Source of the DNA: a virus
Lineage: Duplodnaviria > Caudoviricetes
IMG/VR virus record: IMGVR_UViG_3300030330_004405
Span: 1-64,000 of that record
DNA: 64,000 bases
Direction: 5' to 3' (one strand)
Part shown: piece after piece, positions 24,947-34,941 of the stretch
Layout: every line of letters begins with the position of its first letter
How positions within the stretch are numbered: position 1 is the stretch's first letter
Notes under the pieces: model-generated
What the model saw: the letters and a program-made list of their open reading frames with translations, nothing else
Database searches by the model: none
Told to the model about the DNA's origin: nothing
Program-made: the position numbers and the translations under genes

Positions 24947-26203
24947 ATGCCAACAAACCTTAAACCTAAGTCTACTACAAGTGCGATTATTTTAACTTCA
25001 ACTGGCTCAACAGACAACGTTGCAGCAGCCGTTCCTTTCGGCATGTACACCGGTTCAGCGGAGTTCATATCTGGAGCTGCATCACAAGTAGCTTATGTAT
25101 ATAAGAAGCTGGGTGGTGATGTTGTTGACATCGAACTTACACCATCAAACGTCTATGCTGCATACGAAGAGGCAGTTTTAGAATATTCGTATATTGTTAA
25201 TCTTCACCAAGGTAAAAATGCGCTGGGTGACTCAATCGGGGATGTCACCGGAACGTTCAACCATAAAGGTGAGATGATTGGTTCGGTTAGACCAACAGGA
25301 TCAAACCTTAGAGTCCCAAGATTTCAAGCCAGTTATGCTCAGAGGGTCGGGGATGGCCTCATGTCTCACACTGGTTACGGTGGCACGAGACCAATTTATT
25401 CGGGCTCCTTCAAACCAAACTCGGGTCAGCAAGATTATGACTTACAATACATAGTCAATGACGCAAGCACATCAGGCAGTATGCCGTTTACTGGCTCCGT
25501 AGATGGCAAGAGAATCTTTGTAACTAAAGTTTACTATAAGACTCCACGTGCAATGTGGCGTTTCTACGGTTACTATGGTGGAATCAACGTAGTTGGTAAC
25601 TTAAACACATATGGACAGTTCTCAGATGACTCTACATTTGAGTTGATTCCAACTTGGCAGAACAAAATGCAAGCGATTATGTACGAAGACTCGATTTTCA
25701 CTCGCACATCGCACTTTTCATACGAGATCAGAAACAATAAGCTTAGGTTGTTCCCAACTCCACAGTCGTTTGGCGGTGGGCTAGATCGTCTGTGGTTTAA
25801 CTTCTATATTAAAGAAGACTCAACAAGCGAAAACTCTGAGTATGATGATGGAACACTTGGCGTGAATAACATGAATACGCTTCCATACGAGAATTTGCCT
25901 TATAGAAACATTAACTCAATGGGTAAACAGTGGATTAGAAAGTATTGTCTCGCGCTTTGCAAGGAAATGCTTGGTCAAATCCGCGGAAAGTTTACTCAGA
26001 TTCCAATTCCCGGCGATAATGTGACTTTAAACCACTCAGAGTTATTGTCACAAGCAAAAGCAGAACAGGAGCAACTTAAAAGTAGTCTCGCCGAGATGTT
26101 AGCATCGACAGAATACCGAGAGCTTGTTAAATATGACGTTGAAAAGGCTGAAGCATCGGCAAAAACCTTCGCATTCTCCCCATTACCAATTTTCGTAGGA
26201 TAA
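24947..26203 (+). CDS. Neck protein (gp13-like)
   Basis: LG...V.IEL N-terminus; WIRKY.LAL.KE.LG..R.KF..P.PG..V.LN C-terminus. Confidence 0.8.
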   Translation: MPTNLKPKSTTSAIILTSTGSTDNVAAAVPFGMYTGSAEFISGAASQVAYVYKKLGGDVVDIELTPSNVYAAYEEAVLEYSYIVNLHQGKNALGDSIGDVTGTFNHKGEMIGSVRPTGSNLRVPRFQASYAQRVGDGLMSHTGYGGTRPIYSGSFKPNSGQQDYDLQYIVNDASTSGSMPFTGSVDGKRIFVTKVYYKTPRAMWRFYGYYGGINVVGNLNTYGQFSDDSTFELIPTWQNKMQAIMYEDSIFTRTSHFSYEIRNNKLRLFPTPQSFGGGLDRLWFNFYIKEDSTSENSEYDDGTLGVNNMNTLPYENLPYRNINSMGKQWIRKYCLALCKEMLGQIRGKFTQIPIPGDNVTLNHSELLSQAKAEQEQLKSSLAEMLASTEYRELVKYDVEKAEASAKTFAFSPLPIFVG

Positions 26204-26210
26204 TCTATAA

Positions 26211-26699
26211 ATGTCAGAAGAATGGAAAAGACCAGATCAGCCCCCACCACCGCTCTTCTTAGGTAAAAAAGAGCGAGACCTTGTAAAACAGGTAAATGAC
26301 GAGCTAATTGAGAACGTCATTGGGCAGACAATTCTGTATTATTCTATCGATCTTGAAAGAACCAACTTTCACGACTTATATGGAGAGGCAATAGAGAAAA
26401 CTTTCCTCTCACCAGTTAGAGTCTACGCTTTAGTTGAATTTAGCGAAGAATCCACCAAATATATGGAAGGAATGGGTGTTGATGCTGACTCTATTATTAC
26501 TGTGAAGTTTCATAAGCGCAGATTAAACGAAGATCAGAACCTCTTTGTTAGAGAGGGCGATTTTATTTTATACGGCGATAATTATTATGAGCTTACAAAG
26601 CTTTCTCGCCCAAGAAAATTATTCGGACAGGTTGATCAAACCTTCGAAGTACTTGCAACGGCTAAGAAAGCCAGAAAGGGTCTTTTCGATGCTACCTGA
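26211..26699 (+). CDS. Neck/head-closure protein (gp14-like)
   Basis: E.I...G....Y, DLYGE, EGD motifs; synteny. Confidence 0.7.
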   Translation: MSEEWKRPDQPPPPLFLGKKERDLVKQVNDELIENVIGQTILYYSIDLERTNFHDLYGEAIEKTFLSPVRVYALVEFSEESTKYMEGMGVDADSIITVKFHKRRLNEDQNLFVREGDFILYGDNYYELTKLSRPRKLFGQVDQTFEVLATAKKARKGLFDAT

Positions 26700-27570
26700 T
26701 AACTTTGACTTCGCACAATTGCCTGAATTGCCAAACAGCGGTTCTGTTGGATTAAGAGAGATCGGCATGTTAGAGTCTAATATAGAAAATATTGACTATT
26801 CCATGACGTCTTGGCTTAAGAAAGACTTAAACCTCTTCGCCACAACGAACGAAGGTCGCAAAAGAGTAGAGGTTCTGTGGCAAACACCAGAGAGAGCATT
26901 CCAAGTAAAGAACGATAGAGACCTTAGAGATGATTCTGGCGCCTTAAAGCTGCCTTTAATCAGTGTTCAGCGCACAGGCATTACGAAGGACCCAGCCAGA
27001 AAAGGGGCATACCAGGCTCATGTGTATTCTGATAAACAAAACGGAAGAGCTGGCAGACTGACTTTAGCGAGAAGGATCGTTAAGGACAAAACAAGAAACT
27101 TCGCTGTTGCTTCAGGAACTAGAACCAACACAGGCGCCGCGTTACAGAAGCATTTCCCGAGAATCAACAAAAAAATCGTCATCCAAACACTCTCAATCCC
27201 GATACCAGTTTACGTCAATGTGGACTATAAGATTACAATTAAAACCGAGTATCAACAGCAGATGAATGAGCTTCTAGCGCCTTTTATTACAAGGACCGGT
27301 CAAATCAACTCTTTTGTTATGAGACGCAATGGGCACCTCTATGAAGCGTTTATAGAACAAAGCTTTAGTGCTAACGATAACGTAGCAACTCTAAATGAGG
27401 ACATTCGCATGTTCAGCACCGATATTAATATAAAGGTATTAGGTTACTTAATTGGTGAAGGCGATAATGATGATCGCAAAATAGTAAGAATAGATGAAAA
27501 CATAGTCGAGCTAACATTTCCAAGGGAAAGTGTGCCACTTCCTGGAGAATCTGGCTTTTTTATTGAATAG
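26689..27570 (+). CDS. Tail terminator/sheath stabiliser (gp15-like)
   Basis: LPLIS..R, P.PV.V.Y.I; position before sheath; start reassigned to ATG 26689. Confidence 0.65.
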   Translation: MLPDNFDFAQLPELPNSGSVGLREIGMLESNIENIDYSMTSWLKKDLNLFATTNEGRKRVEVLWQTPERAFQVKNDRDLRDDSGALKLPLISVQRTGITKDPARKGAYQAHVYSDKQNGRAGRLTLARRIVKDKTRNFAVASGTRTNTGAALQKHFPRINKKIVIQTLSIPIPVYVNVDYKITIKTEYQQQMNELLAPFITRTGQINSFVMRRNGHLYEAFIEQSFSANDNVATLNEDIRMFSTDINIKVLGYLIGEGDNDDRKIVRIDENIVELTFPRESVPLPGESGFFIE

Positions 27571-27624
27571 TTCCTGAAACGTGTTATTTTATTGTATTCT
27601 CGCGAGACTTTTGAAAATGGGTCA

Positions 27625-27632
27625 ACTATTTA
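27625..27632 (+). promoter_or_regulatory. Putative late promoter ACTATTTA
   Basis: Intergenic before sheath. Confidence 0.7.
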
Positions 27633-27686
27633 CTGTTGATTAGCTTATAATTCAAGCGATTATAACACAAGAGAGGAATTTGCTAA

Positions 27687-30647
27687 ATGTCAATTAAAAA
27701 CTTTAAGTTCGTATCCCCAGGCGTTTTTATTAACGAGATCGATGAGACGTTCGTCACGGAGACCCCGCCTATTATTGGTCCGGTAATTATTGGTCGCGCG
27801 CAGAAGGGACTTGCGATGCAGCCCGTAGTGGTTAATAACTATGAAGAATTCGTACAACAATTCGGTGAAACGGTACCTGGTAAGGGTGGCGGCGACGTAT
27901 ACCGCGATGGAAACAACCAGTCTCCGATGTATGGTACTTACGCAGCGAAAGCATTCCTTCGCTCAAATGTAGCACCTCTCACATACATTCGTCTTTTAGG
28001 GCAGCAATCAGTTAACCGCGCTGATACAGTAGCCGCAAAAGCAGGATGGCAAACTACAAACCTTCCCTCTACTACTGACACTGGTGGTGGTGCATACGGT
28101 CTTTTTGTTGCTCATTCGGGCTCTATAACTACAGACATTGGTGCAGCCACGAAGTCCTCTGAAACCGGTTCGTTCTTCTTAGGTGCAATCATCTACTCCG
28201 ATGGTGGCGTACCTCTTCTTAGTGGTTCTTTGCACGGTGAGCAAGGAACCGCCGCGGATTCTGGCGTTGCACTTATCACATCGTCATTAGGCGCGTTCAT
28301 TGATTCTGATTCAAATGGTAATTTTAAAATTGGTTTTCACGAAGGCGATGGCGGCACGACCGTGACTGACAGATTCTCAGTCAACTTCAATGATAGTAGC
28401 CAAGACTTCATTCGCAAGCGGATTAACACCAACCCAACTTTGATTGATTCGGGTGATTTCTACCCCGCCAGCGCAGAGAAGAACTACTGGCTTGGTGAGA
28501 CTTACGAGCAATTCCTTAGAGATAACTTAGATAGCGTCTCCACCAACCTTGTGGGTATAATGCTCCCCCTCGCTTCGGGTTCCGGATATGATTCTGGTCC
28601 ATCCAGAATGAAAGGTGTTGCGTCACAAGAAGCGAAAGCCGGTTGGTTCATCGCACAAGACACCGGTCCTGCAGCTGCGTTCGAACCCTACAACGCTCAG
28701 AAGCTTTTCCGACTTAAAGGTCGCGGACATGGCGAGTGGTTAAACAAGAACGCTAAGGTTCAAATTGACAGAATTAGAGGACCAGCTTCGCTTGACGAAG
28801 AATACGGCTCATTCTCGGTTATTATCCGATCTCTCAATGATACCGATGCGGCTCCGCAAATTCTTGAAAGATTTGATAACTTGAACTTAGATCCAACCTC
28901 TCCAAACTTTATCTCCAAGAAAATTGGTGATGTTTACCACGCTTGGGACGAAGGAAACCAAAGATTACGCAGATATGGTAACTACGAGAATGTTTCGCGC
29001 TATGTTTACGTTGAACTTAACGATGATGTTGAAGCCGGCGCCGCAAACCCTGCTCTTGTTCCGTTTGGTTACTTTGGTCCACCAAGTTATCTCGATATTC
29101 AAGTGAGTTCTTCTAATGACGTTGCCAACGGTGATCGTCTGGCGATCGGTCTGGGTCGAGGTATCGTGACCCTCCCTCCCGCAGCTTCGATATATGGAGG
29201 TGTTAACAACGCCCAGCGCGCTGTTACCGGCGGTATTGATGGTAACATGAGAGCAAACCTCAAATTCCCAGGTGCACCGCTTGTTGGCAATGCTACCGAC
29301 GCTGGTCTGACTAACATAACAGACACTGTTTTCGGTATGAGAACAACAAGAGCAGCTACTTCTCAACTTGCCGCTCATGGTATTGGAGACATGCACAGAA
29401 TGTTGGCTGGTGGACAAGTAGATGATCCAACTGTAGTGGTAGATCCACTTCACAATGGTGGATTCAACGGTTTTGGTTATGTGTTCTCAATGGATGACAT
29501 TATCTCAGGTTCTCTCGCTACCGGTGGTACTGGTCAGTTCACCTACACCTCTGGTTCTCGAAAGGCTGGAACAAGCTTAACTGCTACCGCCAGCAACGAC
29601 TACCGCACGCTGCTTGATTTTGGTATTGACTCTTTCGCAGCGCCATTCTTCGGCGGCTTCGATGGGTTAGATATCACTAAGCCAGACCCACTGGCTAACA
29701 GCCAAATTGGGGCGTCAAAGCAAGCAAGCTACACGCACGCTACGATTAGGCAGGCGCTTGAGACTGTTGCTGATCCTGAACTTCTGGACTTCAACATCTT
29801 GGCTGTTCCTGGTTTAACCAACGAAGCATTGACTAACTACCAAATGGAAGTCTGTCAAGAAAGACGCGATGCTCTTGCTGTTGTCGACTTGCCAAATGTT
29901 TATACTCCATTCGCGGAATCATATGTTTCGGACAAAACACAAAGAGCCAACAGAAACGTCCTTGGTACTGTCCAAGCGTTAAGAGCTAGAAGACTTGATA
30001 ACTCTTATGCATGCACGTTCTACCCCTGGGTACAGACCCGTGACGCTAAAACTGGTCAAACTCTTTGGATTCCGCCAAGTGTCGCGATGATGGGTGTTCT
30101 TGGTTCTTCGCAAGCTAAATCAGATGTTTGGTTCGCTCCTGCCGGCTTTAACCGCGGCGGACTTTCGGACGGCGCCGCAGGAATTCCGATCCTGAACGCA
30201 TCCTCTAGACTTTCTTCGAAGGAAAGAGATATGCTTTATGATGTCAACATCAACCCAATCGCATCTTTCCCGTCGACTGGAATCGTCGTCTTCGGTCAGA
30301 AGACACTCCAAGCGAGAAAGTCAGCACTCGACAGAATCAACGTCCGCAGACTTGTTATCTTCTTGAAGAAGCAAATCTCGGTTCTTTCGACTCAGGTTCT
30401 CTTCGAACAAAACGTTCAAGCAACTTGGGATAGATTCAAGGGTCTTATTGAGCCGTTCTTGGCTAACGTTAAGACCAGATACGGACTCACAGAGTACAAG
30501 CTTGTTCTCGACGAGACCACAACCACTCCTGATCTCATTGATCAGAACATTCTTTACGCTAAGATTATGATTAAGCCAGCACGCGCAATCGAATTCATTG
30601 CAATTGACTTCATTATTGCTAACACCGGCGCATCATTTGACGACTAA
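27687..30647 (+). CDS. Tail sheath protein (gp18-like)
   Basis: SPGVFINEID, WFAPAGFNRG, INPI, FGQKTL, RINVRRL, KPARAIEFI. Confidence 0.95.
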   Translation: MSIKNFKFVSPGVFINEIDETFVTETPPIIGPVIIGRAQKGLAMQPVVVNNYEEFVQQFGETVPGKGGGDVYRDGNNQSPMYGTYAAKAFLRSNVAPLTYIRLLGQQSVNRADTVAAKAGWQTTNLPSTTDTGGGAYGLFVAHSGSITTDIGAATKSSETGSFFLGAIIYSDGGVPLLSGSLHGEQGTAADSGVALITSSLGAFIDSDSNGNFKIGFHEGDGGTTVTDRFSVNFNDSSQDFIRKRINTNPTLIDSGDFYPASAEKNYWLGETYEQFLRDNLDSVSTNLVGIMLPLASGSGYDSGPSRMKGVASQEAKAGWFIAQDTGPAAAFEPYNAQKLFRLKGRGHGEWLNKNAKVQIDRIRGPASLDEEYGSFSVIIRSLNDTDAAPQILERFDNLNLDPTSPNFISKKIGDVYHAWDEGNQRLRRYGNYENVSRYVYVELNDDVEAGAANPALVPFGYFGPPSYLDIQVSSSNDVANGDRLAIGLGRGIVTLPPAASIYGGVNNAQRAVTGGIDGNMRANLKFPGAPLVGNATDAGLTNITDTVFGMRTTRAATSQLAAHGIGDMHRMLAGGQVDDPTVVVDPLHNGGFNGFGYVFSMDDIISGSLATGGTGQFTYTSGSRKAGTSLTATASNDYRTLLDFGIDSFAAPFFGGFDGLDITKPDPLANSQIGASKQASYTHATIRQALETVADPELLDFNILAVPGLTNEALTNYQMEVCQERRDALAVVDLPNVYTPFAESYVSDKTQRANRNVLGTVQALRARRLDNSYACTFYPWVQTRDAKTGQTLWIPPSVAMMGVLGSSQAKSDVWFAPAGFNRGGLSDGAAGIPILNASSRLSSKERDMLYDVNINPIASFPSTGIVVFGQKTLQARKSALDRINVRRLVIFLKKQISVLSTQVLFEQNVQATWDRFKGLIEPFLANVKTRYGLTEYKLVLDETTTTPDLIDQNILYAKIMIKPARAIEFIAIDFIIANTGASFDD

Positions 30648-30660
30648 AAATACTAAGCAT

Positions 30661-30668
30661 ACTAGTTA
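30661..30668 (+). promoter_or_regulatory. Putative late promoter ACTAGTTA
   Basis: Intergenic before tube. Confidence 0.65.
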
Positions 30669-30690
30669 AATTAAAGGGAGAAAACTTATA

Positions 30691-31299
30691 ATGCCATTCT
30701 GGTCAACTACTTTTCAAAACACTGAAGAAGTCCTTAAAGATCCAAAAAGAAACTTTAGGTTCTTCGTTACTATCACCGGTATCAACACTGATAACGGAGG
30801 TTCTATGGTCTGGTACGCCAAGGAGATCCAAAAGCCTACTTTCACGATGGCTGAGGCTACCCACGAGTACTTAAACCACACTTATTACTATCCTGGTAAG
30901 GTTACCTGGAACCCTGTCGAGCTTAAGATGGTTGATCCAAGTGGCGACCCCGATGTCGCTGCGACAATGGCAGGTATCATGGTTGGTGCCGGCTACAAGT
31001 TGCCTGTTACTCCCGACAGCAACAACCTTACTAGCATGTCTAAGCAAAAGGCTGCTGGTTCAATCGGCACTGTAAAGATTACTCAAGTTGATTCCGAAGG
31101 TAAACCAATCGAGACTTGGACACTTTGGAATGCATTCGCCACAGAAGTACAATTTGGTGGTTCGCTTGCTTACGGTAATGACGAGTTAACAGAGTACGTC
31201 CTGAAGATTCGTTATGACTGGGCTCAGCTTGAGACTGCTGCTGGTAGCAACGCATTGGCTACCCCCGGCGAAGATTTATTCTTCGACATTTCAAGATAA
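30691..31299 (+). CDS. Tail tube protein (gp19-like)
   Basis: P.RNFRF, YYPGKVTW, WTLWNAF, YDWA; follows sheath. Confidence 0.88.
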   Translation: MPFWSTTFQNTEEVLKDPKRNFRFFVTITGINTDNGGSMVWYAKEIQKPTFTMAEATHEYLNHTYYYPGKVTWNPVELKMVDPSGDPDVAATMAGIMVGAGYKLPVTPDSNNLTSMSKQKAAGSIGTVKITQVDSEGKPIETWTLWNAFATEVQFGGSLAYGNDELTEYVLKIRYDWAQLETAAGSNALATPGEDLFFDISR

Positions 31300-31321
31300 C
31301 ATAACATAATAGAGGTGAAAT

Positions 31322-32182
31322 TTGTCACGAAATAAAGACCGACTTGGCACGGGGGATTCTACCCCCCAAGCTGCAAGTCCACCGGTCGCTGCAATGGACT
31401 CTGGTATTTTTTCATTTGTAGCACCCACCGAGTTTGTTAGTCTGCCGTCTCAGGGGCGGCACTACTCTTCTGATCATCCGCTTTTCAATCAGGAGACTAT
31501 AGAGATTAAGCAAATGACCGCAAAAGAGGAAGATATTTTAACTTCCATGACCCTTTTGCAGAACGGAGTAGCCTTAGAGAGGCTGCTTGAAAGCATTATT
31601 GTGGATAAATCAATTAATCCAAAGAGCCTTCTTGTAGGAGATAGGAACGCAATTGTTATATCTGCCAGAGTATCGGGATACGGCAACGTTTACCGAACAC
31701 AAATTACATGTCCCCAATGTATTACTGAGCAAAAGCATGCTTTTAATTTAAATGATGCTAAGTTGCGCAGCGCGTCAGAGATCATTAATGATTTGCCTGA
31801 AGGTGTATCTATAAATGATAACGGACACTTTTCAGTTGTATTACCTAAATCTCAACTTAATGTTGTGCTCAGGCTCTTGACTGGAACAGATGAAGATAAA
31901 TTAACAAGCCGAATTGAGAAAAATAGAAAACAAAATACTGAAAGGCTTGTCACAACCCAACTTGAGCATATGATTGCCTCTGTCAACGGTAACAGCACGC
32001 AAGAGGCGATTGAATATGTCTCTCATAATCTACCATCTTCAGATTCATCTTTCTTAAGAAAGGTATATAAAGCCATTGTTCCGAATATTGACCTGACGCT
32101 TAAATTTAACTGCGAAAACTGTTCACATTCAGAGGACATGGAGGTGCCGCTCACTGCGGAGTTTTTTTGGCCTGAGCAGTAA
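31322..32182 (+). CDS. Tail assembly chaperone / baseplate hub assembly protein (gp26-like)
   Basis: LPS.G..Y, MTAKEEDIL, CPQC..CENC, ends FFWP; between tube and tape measure. Confidence 0.75.
   Translation: MSRNKDRLGTGDSTPQAASPPVAAMDSGIFSFVAPTEFVSLPSQGRHYSSDHPLFNQETIEIKQMTAKEEDILTSMTLLQNGVALERLLESIIVDKSINPKSLLVGDRNAIVISARVSGYGNVYRTQITCPQCITEQKHAFNLNDAKLRSASEIINDLPEGVSINDNGHFSVVLPKSQLNVVLRLLTGTDEDKLTSRIEKNRKQNTERLVTTQLEHMIASVNGNSTQEAIEYVSHNLPSSDSSFLRKVYKAIVPNIDLTLKFNCENCSHSEDMEVPLTAEFFWPEQ
32159..32170 (+). other. Putative programmed frameshift site GAG TTT TTT TGG (+1 or -2)
   Basis: T7 run; the shifted frame is open into ORF 32187. Confidence 0.6.
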
Positions 32183-32186
32183 CTAT

Positions 32187-32414
32187 ATGGAAAGTGTTTA
32201 CGAACACTTTTTCTTCTTAAAACATTACGGTGGCTGGTCCTTTACGGAAGCCTATAATTTACCTATTGGGCTTAGGGAGTGGTTTGTCGATCGATTGGTA
32301 AAACACATGGAAGAAGAGAGAGCTGCCATGAGTTCGTCATCGAGTTCTGGCAACACTCACACCTTAAGTGCGAATAATCAGCCGTCCCCGCCCCCTGGAT
32401 ACAATGTTAAATAA
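32187..32414 (+). CDS. Tail chaperone C-terminal extension (gpT-like / gp51-like)
   Basis: GWSFTEAYNLPI..R.WF motif; no clear SD; just before tape measure. Confidence 0.65.
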   Translation: MESVYEHFFFLKHYGGWSFTEAYNLPIGLREWFVDRLVKHMEEERAAMSSSSSSGNTHTLSANNQPSPPPGYNVK

Positions 32415-32432
32415 ATTAAAAAATTGTATTTA

Positions 32433-32440
32433 ACTAATTA
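32433..32440 (+). promoter_or_regulatory. Putative late promoter ACTAATTA
   Basis: Intergenic before tape measure. Confidence 0.65.
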
Positions 32441-32460
32441 ATTTATAGGGCATTTATAAT

Positions 32461-34926
32461 ATGGCTGCTGAAGACGAATTAAAAGACATAAAACGGATAT
32501 TAGGTCAGATCCGTGATCAAAGTAAAACCAGCACTGATGCTGTTGGTACCGCAAGTTCACGAGATATGACTCAATATACCTCTGAGCTTAAGATGGCACG
32601 CCAGGAGCTTGAATTATTAGACAAAGGTTCCGGTGAATACAATCGAAAACTAAGAGAAGTAGAAAAACTTACCGCACAGGCACGTAACGCCATGAAAGAT
32701 CAGCGTCGGGAAACTGATTTGCTTGCTTTGTCCATGCAAGGCGTAACCGGCGCCATGGATATGCTTGGTAATGCCGTAGACAAGGTAATTGTAAAGTTTG
32801 GCGAATTAGTAGCATCTGTGATGGCAGAGGCAAAACAGCTTGACAACTTAACAGTACAATTTCAAGCGGCTACCGGTGCCTCAGCCCAGATGGCTGGTAA
32901 TATTGGTGCTTTAACTGACCGATTACGCTTGTTTGGTGTAAGCAGCGAAGAAGCCTCTGAGGCAATAGGCAGCTTATATGGGGGCTTTAATCTTTTCACT
33001 CAATTAAACGAAGATCAGCAGCAACAGCTCGGAGCGACAGTAGCGGTCTTAGGTGAATTAGGAGTCTCAGCACAAACATCGGCTAAAATATTAGAAACAT
33101 CAATGATGGCTATGGGTATGTCTGTTGAGCAATCAACGGGTCTTCTAATGGATATGAGGGGCACCGCCCAAGCATTACAGGTTCCGATTGAGCAGTTATC
33201 ATCAGACTTCCTGGCAGCTGAAAATCGAATTGTACAGCTGGGCGCGCGTGGACCTGATGCATTTAAAAAATTATCCGCTCAAGCAAAGGCTACTGGTGTT
33301 GAAGTTACTACTCTGTTGGGAGTGGTAGAGCAGTTCGATACATTTGAAGGAGCCGCAAATGCCGCGGCTCAACTGGGTGCTGTTTTGGGCACGTCGGTGC
33401 TTGATCCACTAACTTTAATGAGTATGGAAAGCCCCGCCGATCAGATTGAATACCTGAGAGACTCATTGATTAACGCAGGGATAACAGCCGAAAACTTCGG
33501 TCAACAAAACAGGTTTATACAAAAAGCGATTGCGAACGCAATGGGTACCGACACCACAACTGCGGTTAAAATATTACGTGGTGAGTTTGATGAATTAAAC
33601 GAAGCGGCTCAAGAAGCAACAATGACCTTTGAAGAAATGCGAAAAGAAGCATTCGGGCTTAAAGGCTTTGATGAAGTTGTTAACAACATGATGGGTGCAT
33701 TAAAGAGACCCATATCGGACATTCAAAAAGCTACGCGCGCCACGTTCGAAGGACTTACGCCCTTAATCAGCAGATTCGAAAAATTCAACGCTGACTTAAT
33801 TGAACAAACAACTAGCTTCGTAGAAAAAAATTCACAACTAGTTGGTGCAGTGGGCATTTTGTACAATATGGCTAATATCGATGGTGTACAGCAAGGCTAC
33901 GAGATTTTCAAAGGCATTGCTAGTTTTACCGGCAGTGTGATGAGCAACTTGTTTAGCATAAAGGGCGTTTTAGCAGTTATGGCTGGTGGTGCTATCTACC
34001 TAATACGTGAAAGATTGGGAGAGATTTATGATATTTTCAAGGATCCAAAAAAGGGTCCAATAGAGGCAATTAAAGCAGTTGGAGCAGCGCTAACCGATGT
34101 GTTTAACGAGTATAAGAAAAAAGCCATCGAGATGGGATTCGATAAAGCGTTTTTCAGCGCACTGAAAGAAAAATTTAAGACCTCCGCGGTAACAACGTAT
34201 CATACATTCAGAGATGAATTCTTAAAGCCGATGTTCAAGACCCTACAGGTCGAACTTATTTATCAATTCGAACAAATGAAGGCTAACGGCACGTTCTCGA
34301 AGATTGGCGGTATGGTAGCTGATGTGTTTACTACATCGATAAAGGGTGCTGTAGCAGGTGTTATGTTGACATTTGAATCTATCATGGCTTCCATACCAGG
34401 TCTCAGCACCATGACCAAGGGGTACCGAGCACTTCTCCGCTCTGGCGCCGCAGGATTGACCGCCGATGATTCGGGCGGCCCGAGATCACGCGCCGAAATA
34501 CGTAAAGATTTATCTGCTATGACCCCCGAGCAACACAAAAGAGCACTGGAGGCAAGACAAGCAGTTATAAGTGCTAGAATAGACGATAAAATTGCGACTC
34601 TGCAGCTTCAAAACACCAAAGGTAAGCAAACTATTGATGCTGGAATTGTCAAAGCAAGAGAAAAAGTTAACCAAAAGCTTGAGGCTATGGAACCACATAT
34701 AGCGAACATGAAAAGAGAAGCTACGAAGGCTATCAACGCCACAGCTAGACAAGCACAAAAAAGCTATGAAGATATCTCGAAACTTGGTCAGGAAATGGCT
34801 GCAGCATCAACCGAAAGGCATAATCAAGTTTTTCACATCGATATGCATGTTGACAAACAGAAGTTTGGTACAGCGGTGGCCGATGCTTCAAACAGAGCAC
34901 TTAACAAGAAGTTAGTAGGTAGATAA
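32461..34926 (+). CDS. Tape measure protein
   Basis: 821 aa helical, Ala/Gly-rich; synteny. Confidence 0.8.
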   Translation: MAAEDELKDIKRILGQIRDQSKTSTDAVGTASSRDMTQYTSELKMARQELELLDKGSGEYNRKLREVEKLTAQARNAMKDQRRETDLLALSMQGVTGAMDMLGNAVDKVIVKFGELVASVMAEAKQLDNLTVQFQAATGASAQMAGNIGALTDRLRLFGVSSEEASEAIGSLYGGFNLFTQLNEDQQQQLGATVAVLGELGVSAQTSAKILETSMMAMGMSVEQSTGLLMDMRGTAQALQVPIEQLSSDFLAAENRIVQLGARGPDAFKKLSAQAKATGVEVTTLLGVVEQFDTFEGAANAAAQLGAVLGTSVLDPLTLMSMESPADQIEYLRDSLINAGITAENFGQQNRFIQKAIANAMGTDTTTAVKILRGEFDELNEAAQEATMTFEEMRKEAFGLKGFDEVVNNMMGALKRPISDIQKATRATFEGLTPLISRFEKFNADLIEQTTSFVEKNSQLVGAVGILYNMANIDGVQQGYEIFKGIASFTGSVMSNLFSIKGVLAVMAGGAIYLIRERLGEIYDIFKDPKKGPIEAIKAVGAALTDVFNEYKKKAIEMGFDKAFFSALKEKFKTSAVTTYHTFRDEFLKPMFKTLQVELIYQFEQMKANGTFSKIGGMVADVFTTSIKGAVAGVMLTFESIMASIPGLSTMTKGYRALLRSGAAGLTADDSGGPRSRAEIRKDLSAMTPEQHKRALEARQAVISARIDDKIATLQLQNTKGKQTIDAGIVKAREKVNQKLEAMEPHIANMKREATKAINATARQAQKSYEDISKLGQEMAAASTERHNQVFHIDMHVDKQKFGTAVADASNRALNKKLVGR

Positions 34927-34941
34927 TAAGGGAATTATAAG

